From IMG/VR virus record IMGVR_UViG_3300035183_000460, positions 48,563-112,562 of that record: a stretch of 64,000 nucleotides of DNA; one strand, written 5' to 3'. Made by a program: the position numbers and the translations under genes. Every line of letters begins with the position of its first letter. Positions within the stretch are counted from its first letter, which is position 1. Positions 49,580 to 59,432 of this stretch are shown here, one piece after another. The stretch is from a virus. The notes below the pieces were generated by a model that saw only the letters and a program-made list of their open reading frames with translations, ran no database searches and had not been told where the DNA came from.

Positions 49580-50479
49580 ATGGTTATAAAATCAAGAGGG
49601 GAATTTGTTGATGTTACTGAGCAAATTAATCTAACAGTTCAATTTAAAGATAATTTTGGCAATCCAAAAGACACTGATACTTTCCCTACTATATCTATTC
49701 AACAACCTAATGGATCTGTGTTATTTTCGCCTACCTCTGTAGGTGTTACTAAAATTGCTACAGGAAAATATTCTTATATATTTACGGTTCCTATTAATGG
49801 TCCTTATGGAGTATTTTCTGATATTTGGGTTGGCTATATAAATGGATTCAGAATAGAAGCATCTTTTAATTTTGTAGTATCTGCTACTCAAATGCCAGGA
49901 ATTAATTCTGACGGCTATACTAAATTAGGAGATGACCCAGGATTCCAATACTCTCAAGCGGCAATTAATAATATTAATAAATTAATTAAAATGTTGCGAG
50001 CTAGGTTAAATAGCTCTGGAAAAGCAAAGAAAAAAGATGCTTATGGTAATGTTATGTATGTTACTTGTGATATCTATTCTGTAGATATGTTAACTACATT
50101 TTTGGCAACAGCATTAAGTGATTTTAATCAAATACCTCATTTTACTATGTTTTCTTTTGATGATGATGCATTTGTTGCTCAATTTGGAGAAATTTTGGTT
50201 GAAGGCGCTACTTTATATGCTTTAGCGTCTAAGGCTTTAATTGAAAGGGGTCGTGAATTTCAAATTACTGATAATAGCATAAATTTTAATCCTCCAACCG
50301 TATCAGAACTGTTAAATACTCAGTATAACACTTTATTAACTAATTATTGGGAAAGATTGAAGTTTATTAAGAATTCATTGAAACCAAGCCCATTGGGACT
50401 TGGAGTATTTGGTATGACAAGTGCTATAAATCCAGCAATTAGTCGCCTACGACACTTACGAGCAAGACGCATATTATAA
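49580..50479 (+). CDS. Putative neck / head-tail adaptor protein with an N-terminal Ig-like domain
   Basis: AGGAG RBS before ATG 49580. Helical C-domain FLATALSDFNQIPHFT...FQITDNSINF is adaptor-like. Function is inferred. Confidence 0.55.
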   Translation: MVIKSRGEFVDVTEQINLTVQFKDNFGNPKDTDTFPTISIQQPNGSVLFSPTSVGVTKIATGKYSYIFTVPINGPYGVFSDIWVGYINGFRIEASFNFVVSATQMPGINSDGYTKLGDDPGFQYSQAAINNINKLIKMLRARLNSSGKAKKKDAYGNVMYVTCDIYSVDMLTTFLATALSDFNQIPHFTMFSFDDDAFVAQFGEILVEGATLYALASKALIERGREFQITDNSINFNPPTVSELLNTQYNTLLTNYWERLKFIKNSLKPSPLGLGVFGMTSAINPAISRLRHLRARRIL

Positions 50480-50520
50480 AGAAATAAAGTATTATATAAT
50501 TATTTGTATACAATATTTGT

Positions 50521-51516
50521 ATGAAAAACAAATTATTAGAAATATTAACACCTGAACAATTACAAAAAGAATTAAAATATTTAGGATCTGTAACAAAAAT
50601 TGCTGAGAAATATAAAATTAATTCGATTACGGTTTATTCGGCATTTAAAAAATGCAATATAAATTATTTTGTTAAGCCTAGACGTGATAATTTATTAAAT
50701 AAAGAGGCACTTGAAAAAGCATATATTGAATGTGGAAGCTTAAAAGCGGTAGGTAGAAAATTTGGTGTTGCGCCAAATACTGTTAAATATTATATGCAAA
50801 AATATAATTTGGATTTTAAACCTCAAGTGCGATATGATTGTAATCATTATTTTTTTTCTGAGGATAATGAAAAAAGCTTTTATATTGCTGGATTTATTGC
50901 TGCAGATGGTTGTGTGAAAATACATAAAAAAGGTAATTCGTTTATTGTGCAAATTGGTATATCTAAATTAGATAAAAATTTTCTTGAACATATAAAATCT
51001 ATATTAAGAGCAGAAGCGCCAATACGTGATTTTATCATTAAAAACTCTAAACTGAATTCAAAGTGGAATGATACATGGAAATCAGAATTATCAATAACAT
51101 CAAAGCAAATGTTTAATGATTTATCTCGTTTTAATATAATTCCATGTAAAAGTCTTATATATACATTTCCAGAATGGTTAATAAATCATCCATTAAAACA
51201 TCACTTTATGCGTGGCTATAATGATGGAGATGGATCATTCTATATACCTCGTTTAGCTGAAGGAAAGAAAACTAAACAAGTATATTTTTCATTACGTGGC
51301 ACTCCAAAATTTTTAGAAATATATCGTTCCATTTTAGAAAAAGAATGTGATTTAGAAATTAGAAATAAATCTATAAGAATTTCTAGTGGTCATGGATGTT
51401 TAGAATATGGTGGTAATGGAATAGTTACAAAAATTGCAAATTATCTATATAAAGATGCAACTATTTATCTTCCACGAAAATATGATGTAGTCATGGCAGC
51501 TAAAAACTTTATCTAG
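50521..51516 (+). CDS. Free-standing LAGLIDADG homing endonuclease with tandem HTHs
   Basis: FYIAGFIAADG and HHFMRGYNDGDG, plus IYLPRKY. Confidence 0.88.
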   Translation: MKNKLLEILTPEQLQKELKYLGSVTKIAEKYKINSITVYSAFKKCNINYFVKPRRDNLLNKEALEKAYIECGSLKAVGRKFGVAPNTVKYYMQKYNLDFKPQVRYDCNHYFFSEDNEKSFYIAGFIAADGCVKIHKKGNSFIVQIGISKLDKNFLEHIKSILRAEAPIRDFIIKNSKLNSKWNDTWKSELSITSKQMFNDLSRFNIIPCKSLIYTFPEWLINHPLKHHFMRGYNDGDGSFYIPRLAEGKKTKQVYFSLRGTPKFLEIYRSILEKECDLEIRNKSIRISSGHGCLEYGGNGIVTKIANYLYKDATIYLPRKYDVVMAAKNFI

Positions 51517-51642
51517 CTAAATTTGTTAAGTTAGGTATATTGTTTACATTGTTTAAATCTAATATTCTACATGATTTTATCATAATTATTACCAATATAG
51601 TACAATATATAATATATTACTTTATTTGCATACATAGTAGAC

Positions 51643-52158
51643 ATGGCAAAACAAAAATTAACAATTGATGAGGTAAAAAAGATACCGCCAACCTTATTAT
51701 TAAGGTTGATAAATAAAATGAAAAGCTATATAAAAACAGATCCAACTTTAATTGACATATTCAATAAATATAATATAAGCATTGATGAATTAGAGTTTAT
51801 TCCAATGAAATTTGGTGATATTGATGTTAGTGCAAAAACAGATCACGGAGTAATTATTTTTAGTTATAGATTATTAACAGATGGTGATTTTTTTAAAGAT
51901 TATTCTTATGCTATTCACGAATTGAGTCATTATGCTCAACAAACTACAGGAAATAAACCTACTAAGGGATCAGCCGACGGTAACTATCTTGATAATCCAT
52001 ACGAAATTGAAGGTTTTCAAAATCAAATAGAATATATTGCTCATGAATTTGGAGAACATGAAGCAAACAAATATGTAGAAAATTTATTGAATCATCATAA
52101 TATAAAAGATAAAGAAGAAAAAAAAGATAAAAAAGAAGAATTATTGGCTAAGGTTTAA
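51643..52158 (+). CDS. HExxH zincin-like protein
   Basis: AIHELSHYAQ...YLDNPYEIEGF (third-ligand E). Confidence 0.65.
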   Translation: MAKQKLTIDEVKKIPPTLLLRLINKMKSYIKTDPTLIDIFNKYNISIDELEFIPMKFGDIDVSAKTDHGVIIFSYRLLTDGDFFKDYSYAIHELSHYAQQTTGNKPTKGSADGNYLDNPYEIEGFQNQIEYIAHEFGEHEANKYVENLLNHHNIKDKEEKKDKKEELLAKV

Positions 52159-52159
52159 T

Positions 52160-53152
52160 ATGGATTTTGTTTTGTTAGAGCGTAAATGTAATTTATTTTT
52201 TAAAAAAGCCGGTCTATTTCGCCCTCCTCCAAATATGTTAAGCGATTTAATTAAAAGAGCGGTTTATATTTTCGCAAGCGCAGCTTTGTATGAAGCCAAT
52301 AAATTGCCTGATAGTAATGAAAAGCGAGATTTGATTAATGAAATTACTAAATATAGTACCAAACCATTGTCTTCTAGGCATGATGTTGTAACACTTCTAG
52401 ATATAAATTTAGATGATTGGGATTATATGAATGATAAACTCAATTCATTGGTTAAAATGTGGTTGAAAGAAGGGTTATTAAATGAGACTGTTAAATGTGT
52501 GTTTTCCTTTACAGAGCATGAAAAACAATATCAAGGAATGTATGAATTTTCATCTCAAAAATTAACAATTTATATGGGTTCTCCTGCAGTAAATTCAGTT
52601 TATGAATTCAATACAAAATTAGATAATATTAAAACTACTGTAAGACATGAATTACAACATTTTGCACAAGGATTATTAAGTAATTTACTAAGGAAAAATT
52701 ATTTACATATTGATCCAAAATCTAAAGGAGATTTGGCAGGATTATCTCCAAAAAAATATAGATCAAAAGATCTAGATATTTATGGTCGTCCGTTAGCTAG
52801 AACTAACGCAAAAGATTATGCAGAACACGAATTAAGAGATGTAGAATTTTATACAAATTTAGAGGATTCTATTGTATTATTTAAAAATTATATACAAAAT
52901 TTAGATTTAGATTCTGATTTAAAAAGAGAATTAGCAAAATCATGGGTTGGTTTGCCATCTTCTTTTAAAGATAAGAGATTGAATCAAATAGAAAATTTAG
53001 ACATTTCAGAAGATGATAAGGAACAATTAATGCTTCATGCTTTAAGTTTATCTAGACCACAATATCCATTTAAAACATTAAAAGAAAAAGATGAAAATAA
53101 ATGGAAATTGGCTGTTAAAATCTTTTGGAAAGAAATTCAATATTTATTGTAA
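52160..53152 (+). CDS. HExxH zincin-like protein
   Basis: VRHELQHFAQ...HELRDVEF, with N-terminal FFKKAG. Confidence 0.6.
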   Translation: MDFVLLERKCNLFFKKAGLFRPPPNMLSDLIKRAVYIFASAALYEANKLPDSNEKRDLINEITKYSTKPLSSRHDVVTLLDINLDDWDYMNDKLNSLVKMWLKEGLLNETVKCVFSFTEHEKQYQGMYEFSSQKLTIYMGSPAVNSVYEFNTKLDNIKTTVRHELQHFAQGLLSNLLRKNYLHIDPKSKGDLAGLSPKKYRSKDLDIYGRPLARTNAKDYAEHELRDVEFYTNLEDSIVLFKNYIQNLDLDSDLKRELAKSWVGLPSSFKDKRLNQIENLDISEDDKEQLMLHALSLSRPQYPFKTLKEKDENKWKLAVKIFWKEIQYLL

Positions 53153-53282
53153 CATAATAACATATGGTACTTACTATATAATTATTTATAATATATTGTA
53201 TTAAAATGATTAAAGTAATTTAACTCTTAGTATTAAGATAATAAACTATACACTGTAAAAGCTAATAAATTAGAATATTATT

Positions 53283-54860
53283 ATGGTTTATTATCTTTCA
53301 AGAGTAAATGAAGGATTAATTTCTTGTCATTCAAAGGGTGATGGGTACACTATCACTTTAAAATGGTCTTCGGCATATCCTTCATCTTCAACAAATAAAG
53401 TGGCGTATCATATTTATATGTCTACCGATGAGAGTAAAGTTTTTTCGGAAGGTGTAAAGTATGTTGTAGATGGTTATACACAAGCAGATATTATTGATTT
53501 AAATCCAGGACAACTATATCATTTTGCAGTTAGAGCAGTTGAATATAATCCAAATATAGTAAGTATAAATAGTTTGCCTGTCGCTTATAATAATTTAAAA
53601 GTTTATCCTAATTCCTTATTAAGAAATAATATTTCAAGTTCTGATACTATTATTCCACTTGTTGATGTTACAGGTTTTCCTTCTTATGGTATTATTCAGG
53701 TTGGTGTTGAATTTATTAATTATTTATCAGTTGATACCTTTAACAACAATTTAGTTTTAACTAATGCCTCTTTGCAACGTGGGTATTTAAATACGAAAGC
53801 AACTATTCATAATATAGATGGATATGATGGTTATGTTACTTGGACGCCACCATATTGCTCTTATATTTTGGGCAGAGAGGAAATGAATACTAGAATTTTC
53901 CCATGTCAAAATAGATTTGATATAAATAATTATCAATATACTGTTACTGACGGATATCACCAAGTTATAAAGGATTTATTAACGTCAGATTTATCTGGCA
54001 GTGATGAATATAATAAAGATTTTAATTCATATGATTATGCCGGGTGGCATCGTACTGATCCTGTACAACTATTAAACGGAGAATGTGTTGGTAGCTATAT
54101 TGGAGGAGAACAATTTTGTGCAGATGGATATGAAACCGTAGGATCTGTTATACGCGGCATGTCTTTACAAGAACATAATAATCAAAGACAAGAATTGTTG
54201 CTCAGTATTACTGGTGAGCCTGTTGTATTGATTAAACGCATGAGGACAGGTATTACTTGTGATTGTTTTACTCCTGGACAAGAATATCCTGATGATAGAT
54301 GTGAGAAATGCCATGGAACTAAATTTGTCATAGGATATGAACAATATTTTAATCCAAGAAGATCTGATGGGCGAATTATGGTTCGTTTCAGTCCGGCAGA
54401 TGAAGATCTTAAAATGCAAGAGGCTGGATTAGAGTCTGATCTTCAAGCAGATGTTTGGACATTAACTGTGCCAACTATAAAAGACAGAGATATTTTAGTT
54501 AGATTTGATCAAGATGATAATGAAGAATTTAGATATGAAGTTTTATCTGTAAATAGAAATAAAACTATAAGTAGACTTCAGGGTGGTCAAAAATTAAGAG
54601 TTCAAAGAATTCGTAAGTTTGATCCAGCTTACCAAATTCGTGTTTTCAGAAATACAGAAATGTTTCCTAAAGTTATATCTACCGGAATGTCTAGTGTTAA
54701 TGGAATTCCATTGCATAGTCATACTTTAACTATAAATGAAAAAATAACTTCAATTACTCAAATAAATCAAACAACTGGAATTTCTTTTGGACATACACAC
54801 TCTGTTATTAATGGTGTTGTACAGCCTGCATTAGGACATACTCATAATATAATTATTTAA
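53283..54860 (+). CDS. Putative head-closure / neck protein (FN3 domain, Zn finger, HxH tail) with 6 DGY motifs
   Basis: FN3-like LKWS...YHIY...LNPGQLYHFAVRA. GEPVVLIKR..CDC...CEKCHGT..GY. WTLTVPTIKDRDILV. HSH/HTH/HTH at the C-terminus. Confidence 0.6.
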   Translation: MVYYLSRVNEGLISCHSKGDGYTITLKWSSAYPSSSTNKVAYHIYMSTDESKVFSEGVKYVVDGYTQADIIDLNPGQLYHFAVRAVEYNPNIVSINSLPVAYNNLKVYPNSLLRNNISSSDTIIPLVDVTGFPSYGIIQVGVEFINYLSVDTFNNNLVLTNASLQRGYLNTKATIHNIDGYDGYVTWTPPYCSYILGREEMNTRIFPCQNRFDINNYQYTVTDGYHQVIKDLLTSDLSGSDEYNKDFNSYDYAGWHRTDPVQLLNGECVGSYIGGEQFCADGYETVGSVIRGMSLQEHNNQRQELLLSITGEPVVLIKRMRTGITCDCFTPGQEYPDDRCEKCHGTKFVIGYEQYFNPRRSDGRIMVRFSPADEDLKMQEAGLESDLQADVWTLTVPTIKDRDILVRFDQDDNEEFRYEVLSVNRNKTISRLQGGQKLRVQRIRKFDPAYQIRVFRNTEMFPKVISTGMSSVNGIPLHSHTLTINEKITSITQINQTTGISFGHTHSVINGVVQPALGHTHNIII

Positions 54861-54885
54861 ATATATATTATGAGCATGATCAAAA

Positions 54886-54934
54886 TTTTATGATCTAATG
54901 CCAAAGAAATCATCAATATTGTATTGGTGGTAAT
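54886..54934 (+). repeat. Dispersed ~50-bp hairpin element, copy B
   Basis: ttttatgatctaatgccaaagaaatcatcaatattgtattggtggtaat. Confidence 0.7.
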
Positions 54935-55012
54935 ATATATAAATAATTAATATAAAATTCAAATAATTAAGATAATAAAATCACATTTTAAATGTGAAAT
55001 TGAGGAAAAATA

Positions 55013-56317
55013 ATGGTTCAAAATCCAAATTATACTAGAGGTCAAGGCAGATTAGTAACTGATCGTTTTGACTTTGAAAAACATGTAAATGGATCCGATT
55101 TTCATCATAAAGCTGAACATATAGAATTATCGCCATCCATAACTATTGATGGATATTCTCGTACAAATGTACGTAGTGCTATACAAGCATTGGCTAATAT
55201 TGCTTTTCCACCAACAATTGTAGATGCATCTGCTAGTGTTAAAGGTATTTTGAAATTAACTAATGATTTGGGCGGAACAGCAAATTTACCTAGGGTAGTA
55301 GGACTACAGAACTTGCCTGTTAGTGCATTAGCACCAAGTAATGGGCAGGTATTAACATGGAACGGTTCTGCGTGGGCGCCAGCAAATAATACTAATACAT
55401 TTGTAGCCGGTGGAGATCTTACAGGAAATAATATTAGTCAATTTGTTTCAAATATTTCTGGAATATTTGGGGTTGCAAATATATCTGCACCAACGGTTAG
55501 TTATTTAAATTCTGTTTCTTCTCCAACATTAACTCAAGCAGATTCTACATTATCTTCAGGACAAAATCTAACTATTAGAGCTCAAAGTACTACATTTACA
55601 AATGGAAATGGCGGAAATCTTATATTAAGTGGTGGTGCTAAAAACGGCACAGGATTAAAAGGTGGAGTTAAATTACAACTTAATAATTCTGCGACAGACA
55701 CTTTATTACAAGTTATCGAAGTTGCTTCTAATAGAAGAGTTGTTGGATTATTTAAACAAACTATTACTGCCAGCCATGTTCCATCTGGTGATATGGTTAT
55801 GTATATTGGAGATACTACTACACCACCAACATTTGATCCTGCTGGAGGCGTGCTTTTATATTCTGAGGCAGGCGTTGCTAAAGTTAGACAAGGATCAGAT
55901 ACTATAGCAATAGGATCTATTCCAAATCCAAGCGTTTGGGGTCCTGTTGGTGCTCAAGTAAGAACGAGTCAACATCAATTTACAACTACTGATGGATCTA
56001 CTGCTACTGGAGCTCAATATACATTACCAGATAATTCTACTATTAAATTAGATGCAATTGTAGTAGCCCGTCGTACTGATGCTGGTTTTACAGACCAAAC
56101 TGCTCAGTTTAATTTAAGTATGGGATATGTTACTTATAATTCAAATACAACGGAGGTTGGAACAGTAACTATATCAGATACTAGAAATACTACTGGTGCC
56201 ACAACTTGGACAGCAACAATAGATAGATCTAGTAATATAGCTAGAGTAAGGGTTACTGGTGAAGCTAGTAAAACAATTAATTGGTTTATATTATTGCAAG
56301 CAACAATAGGATCATAA
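55013..56317 (+). CDS. Tail-fibre-like protein
   Basis: GAGG RBS. ASASVKGILKL, APSNGQVLTWNGSAWAP and GGNLILSGG fibre motifs. Confidence 0.7.
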   Translation: MVQNPNYTRGQGRLVTDRFDFEKHVNGSDFHHKAEHIELSPSITIDGYSRTNVRSAIQALANIAFPPTIVDASASVKGILKLTNDLGGTANLPRVVGLQNLPVSALAPSNGQVLTWNGSAWAPANNTNTFVAGGDLTGNNISQFVSNISGIFGVANISAPTVSYLNSVSSPTLTQADSTLSSGQNLTIRAQSTTFTNGNGGNLILSGGAKNGTGLKGGVKLQLNNSATDTLLQVIEVASNRRVVGLFKQTITASHVPSGDMVMYIGDTTTPPTFDPAGGVLLYSEAGVAKVRQGSDTIAIGSIPNPSVWGPVGAQVRTSQHQFTTTDGSTATGAQYTLPDNSTIKLDAIVVARRTDAGFTDQTAQFNLSMGYVTYNSNTTEVGTVTISDTRNTTGATTWTATIDRSSNIARVRVTGEASKTINWFILLQATIGS

Positions 56318-56318
56318 T

Positions 56319-58958
56319 ATGCCATCTGGTCTAGGAATGACATTAATACAGAGGTTTACTGTAAAAACAACTACTACAATATTATTAAGCAAAAGATCTG
56401 GAGATAACGCAAATGTTTCGGCTTTAGTTTGTAATCAGCCAATAACTTACATAATTAATGTAAGCTCTTCAATTTCAATTCCTGATGGTTATATATATTT
56501 AATAGACGTAAATACTAATTCTGTAATTGGAGGATCTTCTTTTACTGGTGGCTCTAATAGTATTAATGTTGAAATTACACTATTAAACGGTCTTGATGTA
56601 ATATCTAACGTATATGCTCTTAAGGCTAAATATGATGGATATGTAAGACCTCCACCATTAATATCATTAGCGCCAAGCGAATCCCCTGTTTTTTATCAAG
56701 ATGTATTACCAGATGGTGCCATTCCAGGATATTTGCAAATTGATTCAATTACTACAACAGCTACAGCTGTAGAGTCATTTTTAAATGACTTCGATATTAC
56801 TGCCACCTTATCTCATGGAGCCACTGGATTTCCAGTAGTACTGCCAATTACAAATATAGTTAGTGATACTGTTAATGTATCAGGTGCCACTAACACTAGT
56901 CCAATAGAAATTACAACTGGCTCTAATCACGGATTAGTAACAGGTAGTAATGTAAGTATTTCTGGTGTTGGAGGTAATACTGCAGCTAATGGAATTAGAA
57001 CAATTACAGTAACTGCGCCCAACAAATTTACTCTTAACGGATCAGTCGGAAATGGAAATTATACTTCTGGAGGAACTGTAACAAAAGAGGCAAAAGTTAC
57101 TACAAGTTCTACACATCATTTATTAGTTGGTCAGGTTACAAGAATTACTGGATCTGGAGTGTCTGCATATAATGGTTTTTTTAAAGTTGGACCATCTTTT
57201 CTTACATCAACTACTTTTTCACTATCTAATGTCTTTAATACCGTTTCAGCTGGCGCTAATCCTATTGCAATTAGTTTAGTTTCAAATACAAATCCTGCAG
57301 TTATAACAACTTCTGTTCCGCATAAATTACAAAGTGGAGATTATGTAAGGTTAGAAAATATTTATACAGTGCAAGGTGTGTTTCATATTACTGCTTATTC
57401 TAGCATTAATGGAATTCGGCAAGTAAATGTAATTGATGATTATAAATTTTCAATTCCAGTACCTTCTGATGGATTTTTTTCCTCAGGACATGGAGAAAAA
57501 ATATTTCCATCTTTAAGCGGACCTATTCCAAATACAGATATTAATGATGGTTATATAGATTTTTATGGAATAGAAAACGATTCAAATAATAGTAAGTTTT
57601 TAATTGCTGCAAATGTTCCAGTTTTTAATAATTCTGCTACGGTATCGGCAGATGGTTATGATGGTTATTCAATGGTTTGGCCTGCTCCTTCAGGAACATA
57701 TGGAATAGAGGCTATATATAAACCATCGTCTAGTTGTTTTGCACAATTTAATTCTCCTGATACATTTAGTTCTGCATTAAAAAAAGTCACATTAAATGGA
57801 ATAATATCTGAAATGACGTTAACAGCATCTCCGTATATTATAACTGATGCTAGCAATAACTCACCAATAAGGATAACTACTTCTTTTCAACATGCTTTAA
57901 ATAATAATGATTATGTTAGTATATCTGGAGTAGTTGGTAATACTGCAGCAAACGGTACATTTAAAATTACTACATTGAGTAGTAATATAAGTGCTACTAC
58001 AGTATCTTCACCAATACAAGTAACTACTTCAAGTAATCATAATTTTGTTACTGGACAGTTAGTTACTATTGTAGGTGTAGATGGTAATCCGGCAGCAAAT
58101 GGTGTTTGGACAATTACAGTTACTGGACCAACGACGTTCACATTAAATAATTCAAGTGGTTCATCTAATAGTGGTGTTGGTGGAATAGCTTATAGCTCAA
58201 ATACATTTACATTAAATGGAACTACAGGGAATGGATCTTACATTGGAGGCGGAATTATAACGGTTATAGATGGTAGAGATATATCTGATGCCTATACAGT
58301 CACACCAATAGAAATTACCACTAGTTTATCACACGGACTTTCTAATGGAGATTCTATTACTATTACTGGTACTTCTGCACCAGGTACAAATGGTACTTGG
58401 AATGTGACAGTTATTAACTCAACTAAGTTTTCCTTAAATGGTTCAACTGGAGAATCTACGCCACTTCATTACAATGATGGGATAGTAAATATTGCTAATA
58501 ATAATTTGTTGCGTGCAGATTTTCCAAATGGTCCTCCAGGTACTCCGGGTTATGTTACTTTTGAAAAGATATCGCCATCTGTAGGCAATTTAGGCACATC
58601 TACTATAGCTAATAGATTTGCTTATTTGCGAGTAACACCTTCTATGTGGGTAGGAACTGGAACATTTACAGTTAAAGCTACATATACTTCATCTTCGAAT
58701 ACAGTAGCAGGCGCCTCCAATACTTCACCTATAGTAATTACTACAGGATCTGCTCATGGTTTATCAAGCGGTCAAATTGTAACAATAAGTGGAGTTACAG
58801 GAAATACTGCTGCAAATAATACTTGGGTAATAACTGTTGGTAATAACCCTACTGAGTTTTCTCTAAATGGATCAACAGGAAATGGCTCTTATGGTGGTGG
58901 AGGAACAATTAAAGTTGCTGTTGCAGCAGTGCCGAAAACAATTGATGTTCTTGTATGA
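56319..58958 (+). CDS. Virion appendage protein: Ig-like (Big_3-type) domains with 7 small beta-barrel repeats (E1-FCCH-like)
   Basis: Repeat consensus xSPIxITTxxxHGLxxGxxVxIxGVxGNxAANGxxxITV...FxL occurs 7 times. 5 DGY motifs. Confidence 0.7.
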   Translation: MPSGLGMTLIQRFTVKTTTTILLSKRSGDNANVSALVCNQPITYIINVSSSISIPDGYIYLIDVNTNSVIGGSSFTGGSNSINVEITLLNGLDVISNVYALKAKYDGYVRPPPLISLAPSESPVFYQDVLPDGAIPGYLQIDSITTTATAVESFLNDFDITATLSHGATGFPVVLPITNIVSDTVNVSGATNTSPIEITTGSNHGLVTGSNVSISGVGGNTAANGIRTITVTAPNKFTLNGSVGNGNYTSGGTVTKEAKVTTSSTHHLLVGQVTRITGSGVSAYNGFFKVGPSFLTSTTFSLSNVFNTVSAGANPIAISLVSNTNPAVITTSVPHKLQSGDYVRLENIYTVQGVFHITAYSSINGIRQVNVIDDYKFSIPVPSDGFFSSGHGEKIFPSLSGPIPNTDINDGYIDFYGIENDSNNSKFLIAANVPVFNNSATVSADGYDGYSMVWPAPSGTYGIEAIYKPSSSCFAQFNSPDTFSSALKKVTLNGIISEMTLTASPYIITDASNNSPIRITTSFQHALNNNDYVSISGVVGNTAANGTFKITTLSSNISATTVSSPIQVTTSSNHNFVTGQLVTIVGVDGNPAANGVWTITVTGPTTFTLNNSSGSSNSGVGGIAYSSNTFTLNGTTGNGSYIGGGIITVIDGRDISDAYTVTPIEITTSLSHGLSNGDSITITGTSAPGTNGTWNVTVINSTKFSLNGSTGESTPLHYNDGIVNIANNNLLRADFPNGPPGTPGYVTFEKISPSVGNLGTSTIANRFAYLRVTPSMWVGTGTFTVKATYTSSSNTVAGASNTSPIVITTGSAHGLSSGQIVTISGVTGNTAANNTWVITVGNNPTEFSLNGSTGNGSYGGGGTIKVAVAAVPKTIDVLV

Positions 58959-59033
58959 TAATATTTTAAATTTAATTAATAATGCATAAAACAGCAATAT
59001 ATTAATTATTTAGTATGATTATAGGAGAATAAT

Positions 59034-59411
59034 ATGGATACAGGTTTGGAAGCACTTTTAAGTTGGCAATTTTTACTTTTTTGTCTAGGTATTGCAGCTA
59101 TAACATTTGTTATTAGAAAAATAGTTGAATTTGCAGTTTTAGACAACCCAAAAATGCCTGGAAATAGAACATCAAGATTGTGGACAGAATTATTATTACC
59201 AGTTGGTCCAGTATTTACTGGTGCAGCAGTTGCCTTTTTTGCTAAACAATATCCATATCCTAGCGGGATTTCATCAGCTAGCGGCAGAATTTTATTTGGT
59301 TTAGTAGCAGGTTTATTGTCAGGTTTAATTTATAGAGTAATAAGAGGTATGTTAAAATCAAAAATACAAGCAGTGTCTTCTGATTCTTCAAATGCACCAT
59401 CAAATTCCTAA
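59034..59411 (+). CDS. Putative holin / 3-TM membrane protein
   Basis: AGGAG RBS, three hydrophobic segments and a basic C-terminus. Confidence 0.65.
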   Translation: MDTGLEALLSWQFLLFCLGIAAITFVIRKIVEFAVLDNPKMPGNRTSRLWTELLLPVGPVFTGAAVAFFAKQYPYPSGISSASGRILFGLVAGLLSGLIYRVIRGMLKSKIQAVSSDSSNAPSNS

Positions 59412-59432
59412 TAAATATGTATGGACTAAAAT

